64,000 nucleotides of DNA from an uncultured delta proteobacterium (GTDB lineage Bacteria; Desulfobacterota; Binatia; UBA9968), in assembly GCA_963840855.1 (NCBI GenBank), contig CAWJBB010000027.1:185969-249968 (forward strand), in the 5' to 3' direction. Shown here in pieces: positions 21,469-31,587 of the stretch. Position numbers and translations under genes: made by a program. The notes under the pieces are model-generated. The model was not told where the DNA came from and did not search any database. It worked only from the letters and a program-made list of their open reading frames with translations. Position 1 is the first letter of the stretch. The number at the start of each line of letters is the position of its first letter.

Positions 21469-22665
21469 ATGTTTGAAACCAAGAACCGCCGGTCATCAGC
21501 AACCCAAGCCCCGGGGCGCCGGGAAAATGCCGCGCCGCCGCGCGCCGATCAGGCACTCCTCATGGTGTCCGCCAGCGAGGGCGACTCCAACATGCTTTAC
21601 GCCGCGGGATTTTTCGTGCCCGATCCATTCATCTTCTTCGCGCACAAAAAGATCAAGTACATTGTTATGAGCGACCTGGAAATCGACCGCGCCAAGAGGC
21701 AGTCGCGCGCCGACCGGGTGCTCTCCCTTTCGTTTTACCAGCGCAAGCTGCGCAAACTCGGCAAGGTTCCCACGACTGTCGATGTCCTCGATCTGCTATT
21801 CCGCGAGCGCGGCATCCGTTCATTGATCGTGCCGGCGAATTTCTCGGCGCTGCTAACCGACCAGTTGCGCGCCAAAGGGTTCAGCGTACAGATCAAGCGC
21901 GACCCCTTTTTCCCCGAACGCGAAATCAAAAAAGACAAAGAGGTTCGCCAGATCACCGAATCCCTGCGCGTGGCGCGGCTCGGTCTGGAAGCCGGCATCC
22001 GAACCCTTAAGCGGAGCAAGATTGGACGCGACGGCTATCTTTATCTCAACGGCGCGAAGCTGACGTCGGAAATGTTGAAGACCGCCGTCAACACCACGAT
22101 CATGGCGCAGGGTTGGCTGCCCAGCCACACGATTATTTCGTCGGGCAACCAATGCGTCGACCCGCACCATGAAGGAACAGGGCCGGTCAAAGCGCATACG
22201 TCGATCATCTTCGATATCTTTCCGCGCTCGCAAAAAAATGGTTACTTCGGCGATTTGAGCCGCACCGTGGTACGCGGGCGCGCCTCCGAGCGATTGAAAA
22301 AGATCTATGCCAGTGTGCAGGCGGGACAACAGATCGGTTTCGATCTCATCCGCGACGGCATCAACGGCAAGGAGATTCATGAAAAAATTCTGGCCCTGTT
22401 CGCCGCCCGCGGATTTCCTACCGGAAGAATCGCCGGTCGCATGCAAGGCTTTTTCCACGGCACCGGCCATGGCCTCGGCCTGGATATTCACGAAGCGCCG
22501 CGCATCGCGCCGGTGGACGCAACCCTCAAATCGGGCCATGTCGTCACGGTGGAACCAGGGCTTTACTACCTCGGCGTCGGCGGCGTCCGTCTCGAAGACG
22601 TGGTAGTGGTCAAAGCCCAGGGCAACCGTAATCTTACCGACTGCCCGCAGTTTCTTGAGATTTAA
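21469..22665 (+). CDS. Xaa-Pro peptidase family (M24) protein
   Basis: DPH, IIFDIFP, GYFGDLSRT, HGTGHGLGLDIHE, TVEPGLY, GVRLED. Confidence 0.93.
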   Translation: MFETKNRRSSATQAPGRRENAAPPRADQALLMVSASEGDSNMLYAAGFFVPDPFIFFAHKKIKYIVMSDLEIDRAKRQSRADRVLSLSFYQRKLRKLGKVPTTVDVLDLLFRERGIRSLIVPANFSALLTDQLRAKGFSVQIKRDPFFPEREIKKDKEVRQITESLRVARLGLEAGIRTLKRSKIGRDGYLYLNGAKLTSEMLKTAVNTTIMAQGWLPSHTIISSGNQCVDPHHEGTGPVKAHTSIIFDIFPRSQKNGYFGDLSRTVVRGRASERLKKIYASVQAGQQIGFDLIRDGINGKEIHEKILALFAARGFPTGRIAGRMQGFFHGTGHGLGLDIHEAPRIAPVDATLKSGHVVTVEPGLYYLGVGGVRLEDVVVVKAQGNRNLTDCPQFLEI

Positions 22666-22715
22666 TTTTCCGCCGCGGCTTTACCCATTTTCACATCGAC
22701 AATAACGACTACGGC

Positions 22716-23444
22716 ATGAACGGCGTAGAAGAGAAGATCGTCGCGCTGATCGCCGATCTCGATCATCCGGAAAAGCCCAAAATCCGTGCTGCCGTGGACG
22801 CCCTGCTCGGACTATCCGCCGATGCGCCCGGTCTAAGAGCGGCGCTTGAACAGGCGCTCAACGATGAACAACGCAAAAATCGCTGGGCGGTTGCCCACGT
22901 ACTCGGCCATTTGCCCCAACCTTCCAGCGCTGTCATTCGGGTATTACTAGATAGTCTCGATCATAGGGAACCGGACATCCGCTGGGCCATCGCTCTGTTG
23001 CTGGTTCGAATCGCCAGGGTTGAAGGCGACCTCGCGAACCTGCTCTTGGCACTCTCGGCAGACGGCACTGTGAATCAGAGGCGAATGGCTATTTACTGCA
23101 TTCGTGATTTACAGGTTACCGATGACGCCAGCATGCGGGCACTTTTGGCCGCGGCCAGGGACGAAGAGCCAACCGTCAGAGTCGCCGCGCTGACCAGCTT
23201 GAGATCGCGCAGCGACGCAGGCGCCGCGGCGCGCCGCCAGCTTCTTGAGCGATTCGAAAATGATGAAGATGGGAGAGTGCGGAATGCCTCGGCCATCACC
23301 TTGGCGCAACTAGGGGCGCCGGATGAAGCGTTCATTCGAGCACTGCAACAAGCCGCGCAAAGCAGCGATCCCCGTGACCGGAAAGCGGCCCTCGCCGCGC
23401 TCGACTTGTTACAAAAAAATGGGCCCGCTCCACACGACAGCTGA
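22716..23444 (+). CDS. HEAT-repeat protein
   Basis: Repeated D-x-x-x-x-(I/V)R-x-x-A helical units. Confidence 0.8.
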   Translation: MNGVEEKIVALIADLDHPEKPKIRAAVDALLGLSADAPGLRAALEQALNDEQRKNRWAVAHVLGHLPQPSSAVIRVLLDSLDHREPDIRWAIALLLVRIARVEGDLANLLLALSADGTVNQRRMAIYCIRDLQVTDDASMRALLAAARDEEPTVRVAALTSLRSRSDAGAAARRQLLERFENDEDGRVRNASAITLAQLGAPDEAFIRALQQAAQSSDPRDRKAALAALDLLQKNGPAPHDS

Positions 23445-23466
23445 CGCTACCGCTGGAGCGGGCCCC
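23413..23466 (-). terminator. Intrinsic terminator of the minus-strand small transcript
   Basis: GGGCCCGCTCCA...TGGAGCGGGCCC 12-bp stem followed by ATTTTTTT on the minus strand. Confidence 0.85.
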
Positions 23467-23531
23467 TAGGTGGTCTGAGGGGGATTCCCAGGCTCCAGGC
23501 CCGAATCCCCGTCAAAGATTCCGCCTAGAGC

Positions 23532-23573
23532 CTAAGTCTCAGCCACCTCGCAGTCAGTACATAAATCAATCAT
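23532..23573 (-). CDS. 13-aa peptide MIDLCTDCEVAET
   Basis: GGAAAGGAGGTGGTCCAGAC immediately precedes ATG ATT GAT TTA TGT ACT GAC TGC GAG GTG GCT GAG ACT TAG. Confidence 0.55.
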   Translation of the reverse strand: MIDLCTDCEVAET

Positions 23574-23605
23574 GTCTGGACCACCTCCTTTCCCTGCTGG
23601 GCCGT

Positions 23606-23634
23606 AGTGTACGGAAGTGATCGGCGTCTGTCAA
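23606..23634 (-). promoter_or_regulatory. Sigma70-type promoter
   Basis: TTGACA-N17-TACACT on the minus strand. Confidence 0.75.
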
Positions 23635-23791
23635 TAAATATCATCGTCTTTGTCGATCAATCTTGACTAGCGTGACGGTCTTCAAATCGTTTTCATCGTG
23701 ATAGTGATCGGACATGAAAGTAGCCTTTCTTATGTCAGTTTGCTGGCCGGGAATCACTCAAAATTTCAGTTCAAGCAATGGCACCTTGCGC

Positions 23792-24196
23792 CTAATCCGT
23801 GCATGGCAGCGCCGACTCATTGGTCTCGACCCAGTTCACGCGGCTGCTCCAATGTCCATGAACCGATGGCTTTCCGGGTGGGACATCGTCTAACGTGCCC
23901 GCCGGAACGATCACCCGTTGGCGATCACGCGATGGATGAGGGACTGGGCAGTTACAATTACCGCAAATCTGGCGGGCGAAACTCTTTGCTTCCGGCAAAT
24001 CGAAGCGTTTGACCAGTTCCTCGCCCCGTGTCCAGCGAAACTGGTTGATCGCGACGGCGATATTCGTAGAGCGCACGCCGCCGGTGGCTTTACGACAGCG
24101 CGAGCAATAACAATGGCCAAAGCGCATGAACGGCGTGCTCACCTCGTAGCTAACCGATTTGCAGAGACAACTTCCACGAAGCGTTTGTTCGAACAT
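23792..24196 (-). CDS. GFA (CENP-V) family protein
   Basis: GSCLC, HCYCSRCRK, CGNC zinc motifs, PAGTLD. Confidence 0.9.
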   Translation of the reverse strand: MFEQTLRGSCLCKSVSYEVSTPFMRFGHCYCSRCRKATGGVRSTNIAVAINQFRWTRGEELVKRFDLPEAKSFARQICGNCNCPVPHPSRDRQRVIVPAGTLDDVPPGKPSVHGHWSSRVNWVETNESALPCTD

Positions 24197-24307
24197 TGGA
24201 ACCTCCTTAACTTGGCGTGGTGATGGCTCCGGAGTCTAAGGCGATTCGCCAGCCCACGCAAGTATTTCCTGGCCCGTTTTCCTGCCTCCTGCACCTGCGC
24301 GCTCCAG

Positions 24308-24337
24308 TTGACAAATCGCAAGCAGCTTCTCTACAGT
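24308..24337 (+). promoter_or_regulatory. Possible sigma70 promoter ahead of a structured leader
   Basis: TTGACA-N18-TACAGT. Confidence 0.45.
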
Positions 24338-24520
24338 CGGGAAACCGACTCACCGCAGTTCCAAGTTGGGAATTCGTCCGGTCGCTTAACGCCGATGGCG
24401 CCTCCCCCCGGCCCGGCGCTGTGAGTCAGGCTGAGCGAAAGCGAAGGTAGGATCGAATCGCTCGCCTTCGCCTTGGTCAAAAACCCGTACTATAAAATAT
24501 TTTCCCGAGAGGAGAGTTCG

Positions 24521-25252
24521 ATGGCTGATCCAATTCTGAAGGAAAAAGATGGCGACATTACAACCATTACGCTGAACCGGCCCGAAGCCGGCAATCGGCA
24601 AACCGACAGCACCTGGGCGGAAGTAACACGGCTGTTGGACGACGCTGCCAAAGATTCGCGGTTGATTCTGTTCAAGGGCGCCGGCGAGGATTTTTGCTTG
24701 GGCCGGGAAACCATGGGGCAACCACCCCCCACTCCCGCTCCTGAAGCCTACAGCGTGCGCGACCGTAGCGAGACCATCTTTAATCTGTACGGCGCTTTTC
24801 GAAATGCCAAAGCGCCCATTATCGGCATCGTTCAAGGCCGCGCCGTCGGCCTCGGTTGCGCCCTCGCCGCGCTGTGCGACATCACCATCGCCGGCGACAA
24901 AGCGCGCTTTCAGTTTCCCGAGACGGCGCACCGCATCATGCCCACCATCGCATTTTCCGCCTTGGTCGATCGCGTGCCGCGCAAGGCCGCAACCTATATG
25001 ATCTACTCGACCGCGGAAATCGACGCGCACAAAGCGCTGACATTCGGTCTCATCAGCAACGTCGTGCCGCATCAAGAATTGGACGCCAACGTTAAAGCGC
25101 TGGTCGAGCATTTCAAGAAGATGCCGCTGCCCGCTGTGTTCGCGGTGAAGGAATATGCCCGCACAGCGTTCGACATCGGCGCCCAAGCCGCCACCGATTT
25201 CGCGCGCAACCTGCACGCGACGGTTAATAGTTTTTCGGGAATGCGGTCCTAA
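24521..25252 (+). CDS. Enoyl-CoA hydratase/isomerase family protein
   Basis: ITLNRPEAGN, DFCLG, GRAVGLG, CDITIA, FQFPE; GAGGAG RBS. Confidence 0.88.
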   Translation: MADPILKEKDGDITTITLNRPEAGNRQTDSTWAEVTRLLDDAAKDSRLILFKGAGEDFCLGRETMGQPPPTPAPEAYSVRDRSETIFNLYGAFRNAKAPIIGIVQGRAVGLGCALAALCDITIAGDKARFQFPETAHRIMPTIAFSALVDRVPRKAATYMIYSTAEIDAHKALTFGLISNVVPHQELDANVKALVEHFKKMPLPAVFAVKEYARTAFDIGAQAATDFARNLHATVNSFSGMRS

Positions 25253-25634
25253 ACAAAATCTAGAGTCTTGAGTCTCGAGGTGTTGCAAGTTTCCGCCGGC
25301 GATTCTGGAACGAGCAACGCCGCTGTCTTTTCGACGTCGTGGACGCCGACCATCAATCCGAACCGCACGATGATGTTGGCACCGAATTACGGCTTCCCGA
25401 CATCTAATTGAATACCAACTGCTATGAAGATCGTCTCCATCGGCATCAGTCAGGGGCGCGAAATTTTTAATGAAGGCTGCTCTTTTCGCACGGGAGTCCA
25501 AGAACCCATCCGAGCGATCAGCGTAAAACCCTTGCCGATGAGTGGGCGCGAATGTTTTCGCGGCTCCCTGGAGGCGGCTGCTAAAACCGAATGCGAGATG
25601 TGATACACTAACAAGAGCGAGAACAAAACGGGCG

Positions 25635-28271
25635 ATGACTCAGGAAGAACTGCGGTTACAGGAAGACCGCCAGCACAAGAAAAATTGGAAGCGCTGGGGA
25701 CCTTATCTTTCCGAGCGCCAGTGGGCCACGGTGCGCGAAGATTATAGCGAGTACGGCACCGCGTGGGACTATCTGCCCCACGATCACGCCCGTAGCCGCG
25801 CCTACCGCTGGGGCGAAGACGGTCTCGGCGGTATCTCGGACCGCCATCAATATATCTGTTTCGCCCTAGCCCTCTGGAACGGCAAAGACCCGATCCTCAA
25901 AGAGCGGCTCTTCGGGCTCACCGGCAACGAAGGCAACCATGGCGAGGACGTGAAAGAATATTACTTTTATCTCGACTCGACGCCGACCCACTCCTACATG
26001 AAGTTTCTCTACAAGTATCCGCAAGCGGCATTTCCCTACGCGCGCCTCGTCGAGGAAAATCGCCGGCGCAGCAAGGGCGAGCATGAGTTCGAGTTGATCG
26101 ACACCGGCGTCTTCGATGACGATCGCTATTTCGATGTCTCCATCGCATACGCCAAGGCTGGGCCGGACGATATTCTTATTCGCATCGAAGCAACCAACCG
26201 CGGCCCCGATCCCGCCGAGTTGCGCCTGTTGCCGACGATCTGGTTTCGCAACACATGGTCCTGGGATTTTGATGCGCGCAGGCCGCGCGTCAGTCGCGAC
26301 GAGACTACCGAGATCGCCGCGCTTAAAATTTCTCACCAATATTATGGCAACCGCTGGCTTTACTGCGAAGGCGGTCCGGAGCTTCTCTTTACCGAAAACG
26401 AGACCAACCAGCAGAGACTTTTTGGCGGGGAAAACAGCGCATCGCACGTAAAGGACGGTATCAACGACTACATTGTCCACGGCGCTAAGGAGGCGGCGAG
26501 CCCAAACGGTCCCGGCACGAAGGCGTCCGCACACTACCAAAGGATGCTCGCCGCCGGCGAGTCCACGACCGTTCGGCTTCGGCTTTGCGACAAAACTCAG
26601 GGCGGCGCCGCGCTGGACGGCAATTTCGACCGCATCTTCGCCGATCGCGCAAATGAGGCCAGCGAGTTCTACGCCACGGTCATACCCGACGCGGTTGCGC
26701 CGGACCGCCAGAACATCATGCGCCAGGCGCTCGGCAGCCTGCTGTGGAGCAAACAGTTTTATCATTACGATTTAAAGCGCTGGCTTAAAGGCGATCTCGG
26801 CGGTCCGGATAGTCCTCCGGCGCGCACGAACGGGCGCAACCGCGAATGGCGCCATCTCTACAACGCCGACGTGATCTCCATGCCCGACAAGTGGGAGTAT
26901 CCCTGGTACGCTGCTTGGGACCTGGCCTTTCACTGCATTGCGCTGGCGTTGGTGGATTCCGATTTCGCCAAGGAACAACTCCTGCTCATGACCCGCGAGT
27001 GGTACATGCATCCCAACGGCCAATTGCCGGCCTATGAATGGGCGTTCGGCGACGTCAATCCGCCGGTGCACGCCTGGGCGGCTTGGCGCGTTTATAAAGT
27101 CGAAATGAAACGGCGCGGCGCGGGCGACCGAAGATTTCTCGAACGAATTTTTCAGAAACTGCTCCTCAACTTCACCTGGTGGGTCAACCGCAAAGACACC
27201 GAAGGGCGCAATGTTTTTCAAGGCGGCTTTCTCGGCCTCGATAATATCGGCGTCTTCGACCGCAGCGCGCCGCTCCCCACCGGCGGCCATATCCAACAAT
27301 CCGATGGCACCAGCTGGATGGGCATGTATTGCCTCAACATGCTCGCCATCGCGCTGGAATTGGCGCGCGAGAATACCGCCTACGAAGACGTGGCCAGCAA
27401 ATTCTTCGAACACTTCGTTTACATTTGCGAAGCGATGAACAATCTCGGCAACGCAAAGATCGAATTATGGGATGCCAAGGATGGCTTCTATTACGACGTG
27501 CTGCACTACGACAACGGCCAAAATACGCCGCTGAAGGTGCGCTCCATGGTCGGGCTGATTCCGCTATTTGCCGTCGAGACCCTCGATCCGGAACTGGTAG
27601 ACAGTCTCCCCGGCTTCAAGCGGCGCATGCAATGGTTTATCGAAAACCGGCCGGAGCTGGGTGATCATATCGAAACCGAATCGACGGAAAATGGTCCGCG
27701 CCGTTTTCTCGCGCTGGTAAACCGGCATCGTTTGAAAAAAGTGCTCGGCTACATGCTCGACGAAAGTGAATTTTTGTCGCCCTACGGCATTCGCGCGCTG
27801 TCGCGTTATCACCGCGACCATCCCTATATTATGGCCGTGAACGGCAACGAGCACCGGGTGGATTACGAGCCGGCGGAATCTAGCACCGGCCTATTCGGCG
27901 GCAACTCCAACTGGCGCGGCCCCATCTGGTTCCCGGTGAATTATTTGCTCATCGAATCGCTGCAGAAATTTCACTACTTTCTGGGAGACAATTACAAAGT
28001 AGAGTGCCCCACCGGCTCCGCCAACACCGCAACCCTCTGGCAAGTCGCCGGGGAAATCTCGCACCGCCTCACGCGCATTTTTGAACGGGGCGAAAATGGC
28101 CGCCGGCCGGTGTTCGGCGGCACGGAAAAATTTCAGACCGATCCCCATTGGCGTGACCTCATACCGTTTTACGAATGCTTTCACGGCGACAACGGCGCGG
28201 GTATCGGCGCCAGCCATCAAACCGGCTGGACCTCCCTGGTGGCGAAACTGATCCAGCAGTACGGCGGATAA
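25635..28271 (+). CDS. MGH1-like glycoside hydrolase (GH63-related glucosidase)
   Basis: [50 protein letters not shown]. Confidence 0.92.
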   Translation: MTQEELRLQEDRQHKKNWKRWGPYLSERQWATVREDYSEYGTAWDYLPHDHARSRAYRWGEDGLGGISDRHQYICFALALWNGKDPILKERLFGLTGNEGNHGEDVKEYYFYLDSTPTHSYMKFLYKYPQAAFPYARLVEENRRRSKGEHEFELIDTGVFDDDRYFDVSIAYAKAGPDDILIRIEATNRGPDPAELRLLPTIWFRNTWSWDFDARRPRVSRDETTEIAALKISHQYYGNRWLYCEGGPELLFTENETNQQRLFGGENSASHVKDGINDYIVHGAKEAASPNGPGTKASAHYQRMLAAGESTTVRLRLCDKTQGGAALDGNFDRIFADRANEASEFYATVIPDAVAPDRQNIMRQALGSLLWSKQFYHYDLKRWLKGDLGGPDSPPARTNGRNREWRHLYNADVISMPDKWEYPWYAAWDLAFHCIALALVDSDFAKEQLLLMTREWYMHPNGQLPAYEWAFGDVNPPVHAWAAWRVYKVEMKRRGAGDRRFLERIFQKLLLNFTWWVNRKDTEGRNVFQGGFLGLDNIGVFDRSAPLPTGGHIQQSDGTSWMGMYCLNMLAIALELARENTAYEDVASKFFEHFVYICEAMNNLGNAKIELWDAKDGFYYDVLHYDNGQNTPLKVRSMVGLIPLFAVETLDPELVDSLPGFKRRMQWFIENRPELGDHIETESTENGPRRFLALVNRHRLKKVLGYMLDESEFLSPYGIRALSRYHRDHPYIMAVNGNEHRVDYEPAESSTGLFGGNSNWRGPIWFPVNYLLIESLQKFHYFLGDNYKVECPTGSANTATLWQVAGEISHRLTRIFERGENGRRPVFGGTEKFQTDPHWRDLIPFYECFHGDNGAGIGASHQTGWTSLVAKLIQQYGG

Positions 28272-28398
28272 CACGCTAACGTAGTGTCTCAGAAATTCGA
28301 GGACCAATACAATGCCTCCCAGTCGTCATTGCCGCGGAAGGAGGCGCAATCTCTGATACAATGGCGATCTGACAGCTAAACAATTGGCTTGAGTCAAC

Positions 28399-29727
28399 AT
28401 GGAGCAAGCAAAACAGGACCGCTTACAAATTCTTTTACCCGGCTTAGGGCTTTTTCTTCTGACCGCGGCCTTCATCATCGCCAAGACCGGGCGCGATGCG
28501 CTGTTTTTCCAAGGGAAAGGCATCTTTCAACTGCCCGTCGCTACCATGACCATCGCCGCCGCGTCCCTCCCCCTCGCCATGATCTTCGTCAAGGCGATGA
28601 AAACTTGGGGCGCGCGGCCGGCGCGCATCGGCATCATGCTTTTCGCGGCGGTGGTTCTCGCGCTGTCCGCGCCGTTTCTTCGAGCTGGCGACTCCGCCTT
28701 ACTCTTTAATATTTTCATTTTTATCCCGGCCATTTTCGGCATCATGTTCGCCAGCCTCTGGCTGCTCGCCAGCGATATCTTCGAGCACACGCCGAAGCCG
28801 GAAGCGGTGCGCGCATTCAGCCGGATCGGCGCCAGTTCTCTAGCCGGTGGTATCCTGGGCGGTTTCATCGCCAAGGGGCTGGTGCCTTTGACGGAGCCGA
28901 AGTGGTTAATCTTTCTCGGCGCGCTCGTGATTCTTGGGGTCGCAGCCTTGGTGGTTGGCACACATCGGCGCTTTCCAACCAATATCGGGCCAAAGCAAGC
29001 GCAGGGACAAAAGGGCTTCGGCTATTTCGCGCCGCTGACGAATCGCTATGCAATCACGCTAATGTTCATTGCCATGACCGGCGCCCTGGCCGGATTGTTG
29101 ATCGACGTGCAGTTTTATATCTCGGCTACCAGCGCAAGCATGGGCTCGAAAGGCAATGCCAATTTCTTCGCCAATTTTTACATCATGCTCAATTTTAGTT
29201 CGCTGCTTCTGCAACTCTTTGCGGCGCCCAAAATCCAGGACAAGATCGGCATTCGGGGCGGTTTGACGGTCTTGCCCTTCGCGCTGGTCGGTGGCGCGAG
29301 TTTTGCCAGCGCCGCCGCAACGGCGTTCAGCCTGTCGGTGTTACGGGTGACCGAAGGCGGGTTGCGCTCATCGATCCACCGTTCGATTTGGGAACAGGCT
29401 TTTATCCCCGTCGATTCGAGCGAACGGTCCGTCGTAAAGCTTGCCATCGACGGCATCGGCGCGCGTATCGCCGAAGGGATCGGCGCGGCGGGACTGTACT
29501 TTTGGGTTCAGCGTGTCGCCCCAGGCGGCGTCGTCACAGGGGCACTGGACACAAGCTGGATGGCCTGGGTCACCCTCGCGACTGTCATCGTCTGGTTGGT
29601 GATAACGCAAAAACTGCGCGTTCAAGGCAAGCGAGAGGCCGGCAAAGCCCGAGCGCCTGAGATGGACTGCGAACGCTTCCCCGACCAATGCCCGTGCACG
29701 ACTGAGTTGGGGAAAGGCATCGCGTGA
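28399..29727 (+). CDS. MFS-fold NTT/TLC-like (ATP/ADP translocase-related) transporter
   Basis: About 12 hydrophobic helices; K-x-x-RDALF near the N-terminus and K-x-x-ID-x-x-x-x-R near the C-terminus. Confidence 0.7.
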   Translation: MEQAKQDRLQILLPGLGLFLLTAAFIIAKTGRDALFFQGKGIFQLPVATMTIAAASLPLAMIFVKAMKTWGARPARIGIMLFAAVVLALSAPFLRAGDSALLFNIFIFIPAIFGIMFASLWLLASDIFEHTPKPEAVRAFSRIGASSLAGGILGGFIAKGLVPLTEPKWLIFLGALVILGVAALVVGTHRRFPTNIGPKQAQGQKGFGYFAPLTNRYAITLMFIAMTGALAGLLIDVQFYISATSASMGSKGNANFFANFYIMLNFSSLLLQLFAAPKIQDKIGIRGGLTVLPFALVGGASFASAAATAFSLSVLRVTEGGLRSSIHRSIWEQAFIPVDSSERSVVKLAIDGIGARIAEGIGAAGLYFWVQRVAPGGVVTGALDTSWMAWVTLATVIVWLVITQKLRVQGKREAGKARAPEMDCERFPDQCPCTTELGKGIA

Positions 29728-29761
29728 CCTGTAGGCTGCAATTGACTGAAATAATGATCAC

Positions 29762-30724
29762 ATGGAATCTCTAGTTTACCGGCATAATCGCGTTACAAGG
29801 CTTACCCACTGGGTCAATGTTCTCGCACTGCCGATTCTCTTGATGAGCGGGCTGCAAATCTTCAACGCCCATCCGCATCTCTACTGGGGTCATAGGTCGG
29901 ACCCCGGCACGGCCCTGCTGTCCATCTCGTCCAGCGGAGCGCCTGGTGATGCGCGCGGCTACGTGGAACTGTTCGGACAACGGATCGAGACGACGGGTCT
30001 CCTCGGTGTCCAGCACACAGATACGGGAATAGTCCACCAGGCTTTTCCCGGCTGGCTCACGATTCCGAGCTATTTTTGGTTGGCTGGCGGGCGCCACTGG
30101 CATTTCTTTTTTGGTTGGGTCTTTTTCTTCAACGGCATGCTCTATGTGATCTACAACCTGCTGAACGGCCATATGCGCAAATTTTTCTTGACGCCGCGCG
30201 ACGCCGCGAAGATACCGGCGATGGCGCTTTACTATCTCCGTCTACGCAAAGACTCGCCGCAGGTCGGCGAATACAACCCCATGCAGAAGATGGCCTACAC
30301 CGGCGTTTTTCTCTTGCTCACCCCTGTGATCATGCTTTCGGGTATGGCTATGTCGCCGCAGTTAAACCAGGCCTTCAACTGGCTCCCGGCTATGTTCGGC
30401 GGGCGCCAAGCGGCGCGCACAATTCACTTTCTTTTGACTTTCGCCTTCGCTGCATTTGTGTTCGGCCATGTCTTCATGGTGCTGACGACCGGAGTGTTCA
30501 ATAACATGCGCTCGATGATCAGCGGCTGGTATAAAGAAAAAGTCCCCGCTCCCGCGGAGCCGCCGGAGGTAGAAACCATTTCCCTCAATGAAGCGGCGCC
30601 GCAGCCAATAGTGGAAACGACAATCCCGGCTGAGCGGCGGGAACCGGGCCCGGAATCGCCGGCGGGCTCGGGAGAAGCCACAGCGGAAAGCCAAAAAACG
30701 GGAGGCAAAAATGACGCAGCGTAA
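29762..30724 (+). CDS. Cytochrome b/b6-domain membrane protein
   Basis: RLTHWVN, SGLQIFNAHP, RHWHFF, YNPMQK, ARTIHF, HVFMV heme histidines. Confidence 0.9.
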   Translation: MESLVYRHNRVTRLTHWVNVLALPILLMSGLQIFNAHPHLYWGHRSDPGTALLSISSSGAPGDARGYVELFGQRIETTGLLGVQHTDTGIVHQAFPGWLTIPSYFWLAGGRHWHFFFGWVFFFNGMLYVIYNLLNGHMRKFFLTPRDAAKIPAMALYYLRLRKDSPQVGEYNPMQKMAYTGVFLLLTPVIMLSGMAMSPQLNQAFNWLPAMFGGRQAARTIHFLLTFAFAAFVFGHVFMVLTTGVFNNMRSMISGWYKEKVPAPAEPPEVETISLNEAAPQPIVETTIPAERREPGPESPAGSGEATAESQKTGGKNDAA

Positions 30725-31484
30725 AGTGAATCGTTGGCGGCGCGATTTCCTTCATCGCGCGTTACAAGGTGCCGGGTTAATCGTCCTCGCCGGTTGCGAC
30801 AAACTCTACGAAACCGAAACTTTCCAGGCAATCTTAAATACCGCGGAAGGCGCCAACCGCAGGATCCAGCGCTTGCTCACGCCGAAAAACAAACTCGCGC
30901 AGGAGTTCGGCGAAAAAGATATCTCGGCCGTGTTCAGGGCGAATGGCAATCCCGCGCCGAATACGCCGGAGTATCTGGCCGATGCCGCCAATCAGTGGAG
31001 CGCCTGGCGTTTGGAGGTCAACGGCCTGGTGGCGCAGCCGCGCGAGTTTTCACTGGCCGAATTGAAAACGATGCCATCGCGCACACAGATTACGCGTCAC
31101 GATTGCGTCGAAGGGTGGAGCGCCATCGCCAAGTGGAAAGGCGTGCCGCTGGCGCAGATCATCGAGCGGGTGCAGCCCAAAGCAGAAGCCAAGTATGTCG
31201 TCTTTCGTTGCCTGGATACCAATTCCCGCGGCAATCATTATTATGAAAGCATCAGCCTCGAAGACGCGCTGCATCCGCAGACTATTCTCGCCTACGACAT
31301 GAACGACAAGCCCGTGCCCGTCGCTAACGGCGCGCCGCTGCGCTTGCGGGTCGAGAACCAGCTTGGCTACAAGCACGCCAAATACCTCCGCGCGCTGGAG
31401 TTCGTCGCGAGCTTCGAACAGATCGAAAAAGGCAAGGGCGGTTACTGGGAAGACCGCGGCTACGAATGGTACGCTGGAATCTGA
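30711..31484 (+). CDS. Molybdopterin-dependent oxidoreductase (sulfite oxidase/MsrP-like), Tat/lipoprotein signal
   Basis: RRDFL Tat motif, LAGC, HDCVEGWS, GAPLRLR, LGYKHAKY, GYWEDRGY. Confidence 0.92.
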   Translation: MTQRKVNRWRRDFLHRALQGAGLIVLAGCDKLYETETFQAILNTAEGANRRIQRLLTPKNKLAQEFGEKDISAVFRANGNPAPNTPEYLADAANQWSAWRLEVNGLVAQPREFSLAELKTMPSRTQITRHDCVEGWSAIAKWKGVPLAQIIERVQPKAEAKYVVFRCLDTNSRGNHYYESISLEDALHPQTILAYDMNDKPVPVANGAPLRLRVENQLGYKHAKYLRALEFVASFEQIEKGKGGYWEDRGYEWYAGI

Positions 31485-31587
31485 AGCCGAGGGGTTGAAT
31501 CCCGAGTCCGGGCCTTTCTCTCCACCGGCTCCGCAGCGGCGCGCCTTCGGTCGCATTATCGCCGTGGATGCGCTAATGAATGGTGTC

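Larger units (their letters stand above)
23413..23600 (-). ncRNA. Candidate structured small RNA/mini-mRNA (~185 nt) carrying a 13-codon ORF
   Basis: Bounded by its own promoter and terminator; internal GGGGATTC/GAATCCCC stem; anti-SD segment; no family assigned. Confidence 0.6.

Noticed and set aside
23577-23593. TGGACCACCTCCTTTC as a 16S rRNA 3'-end fragment
   Set aside because: No other rRNA sequence flanks it; better explained as the minus-strand extended RBS.
24340-24475. Cobalamin riboswitch call
   Set aside because: Only GGGAA and CTGTGA fragments are present, the B12-box context is missing and the downstream gene is unrelated; kept only as an unassigned structured leader.
24386-25501. 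Long antisense ORFs (e.g. 371 aa here, 25866-26765, 19635-20537, 39509-40360)
   Set aside because: Shadow frames of well-supported genes in GC-rich DNA with no motifs of their own.
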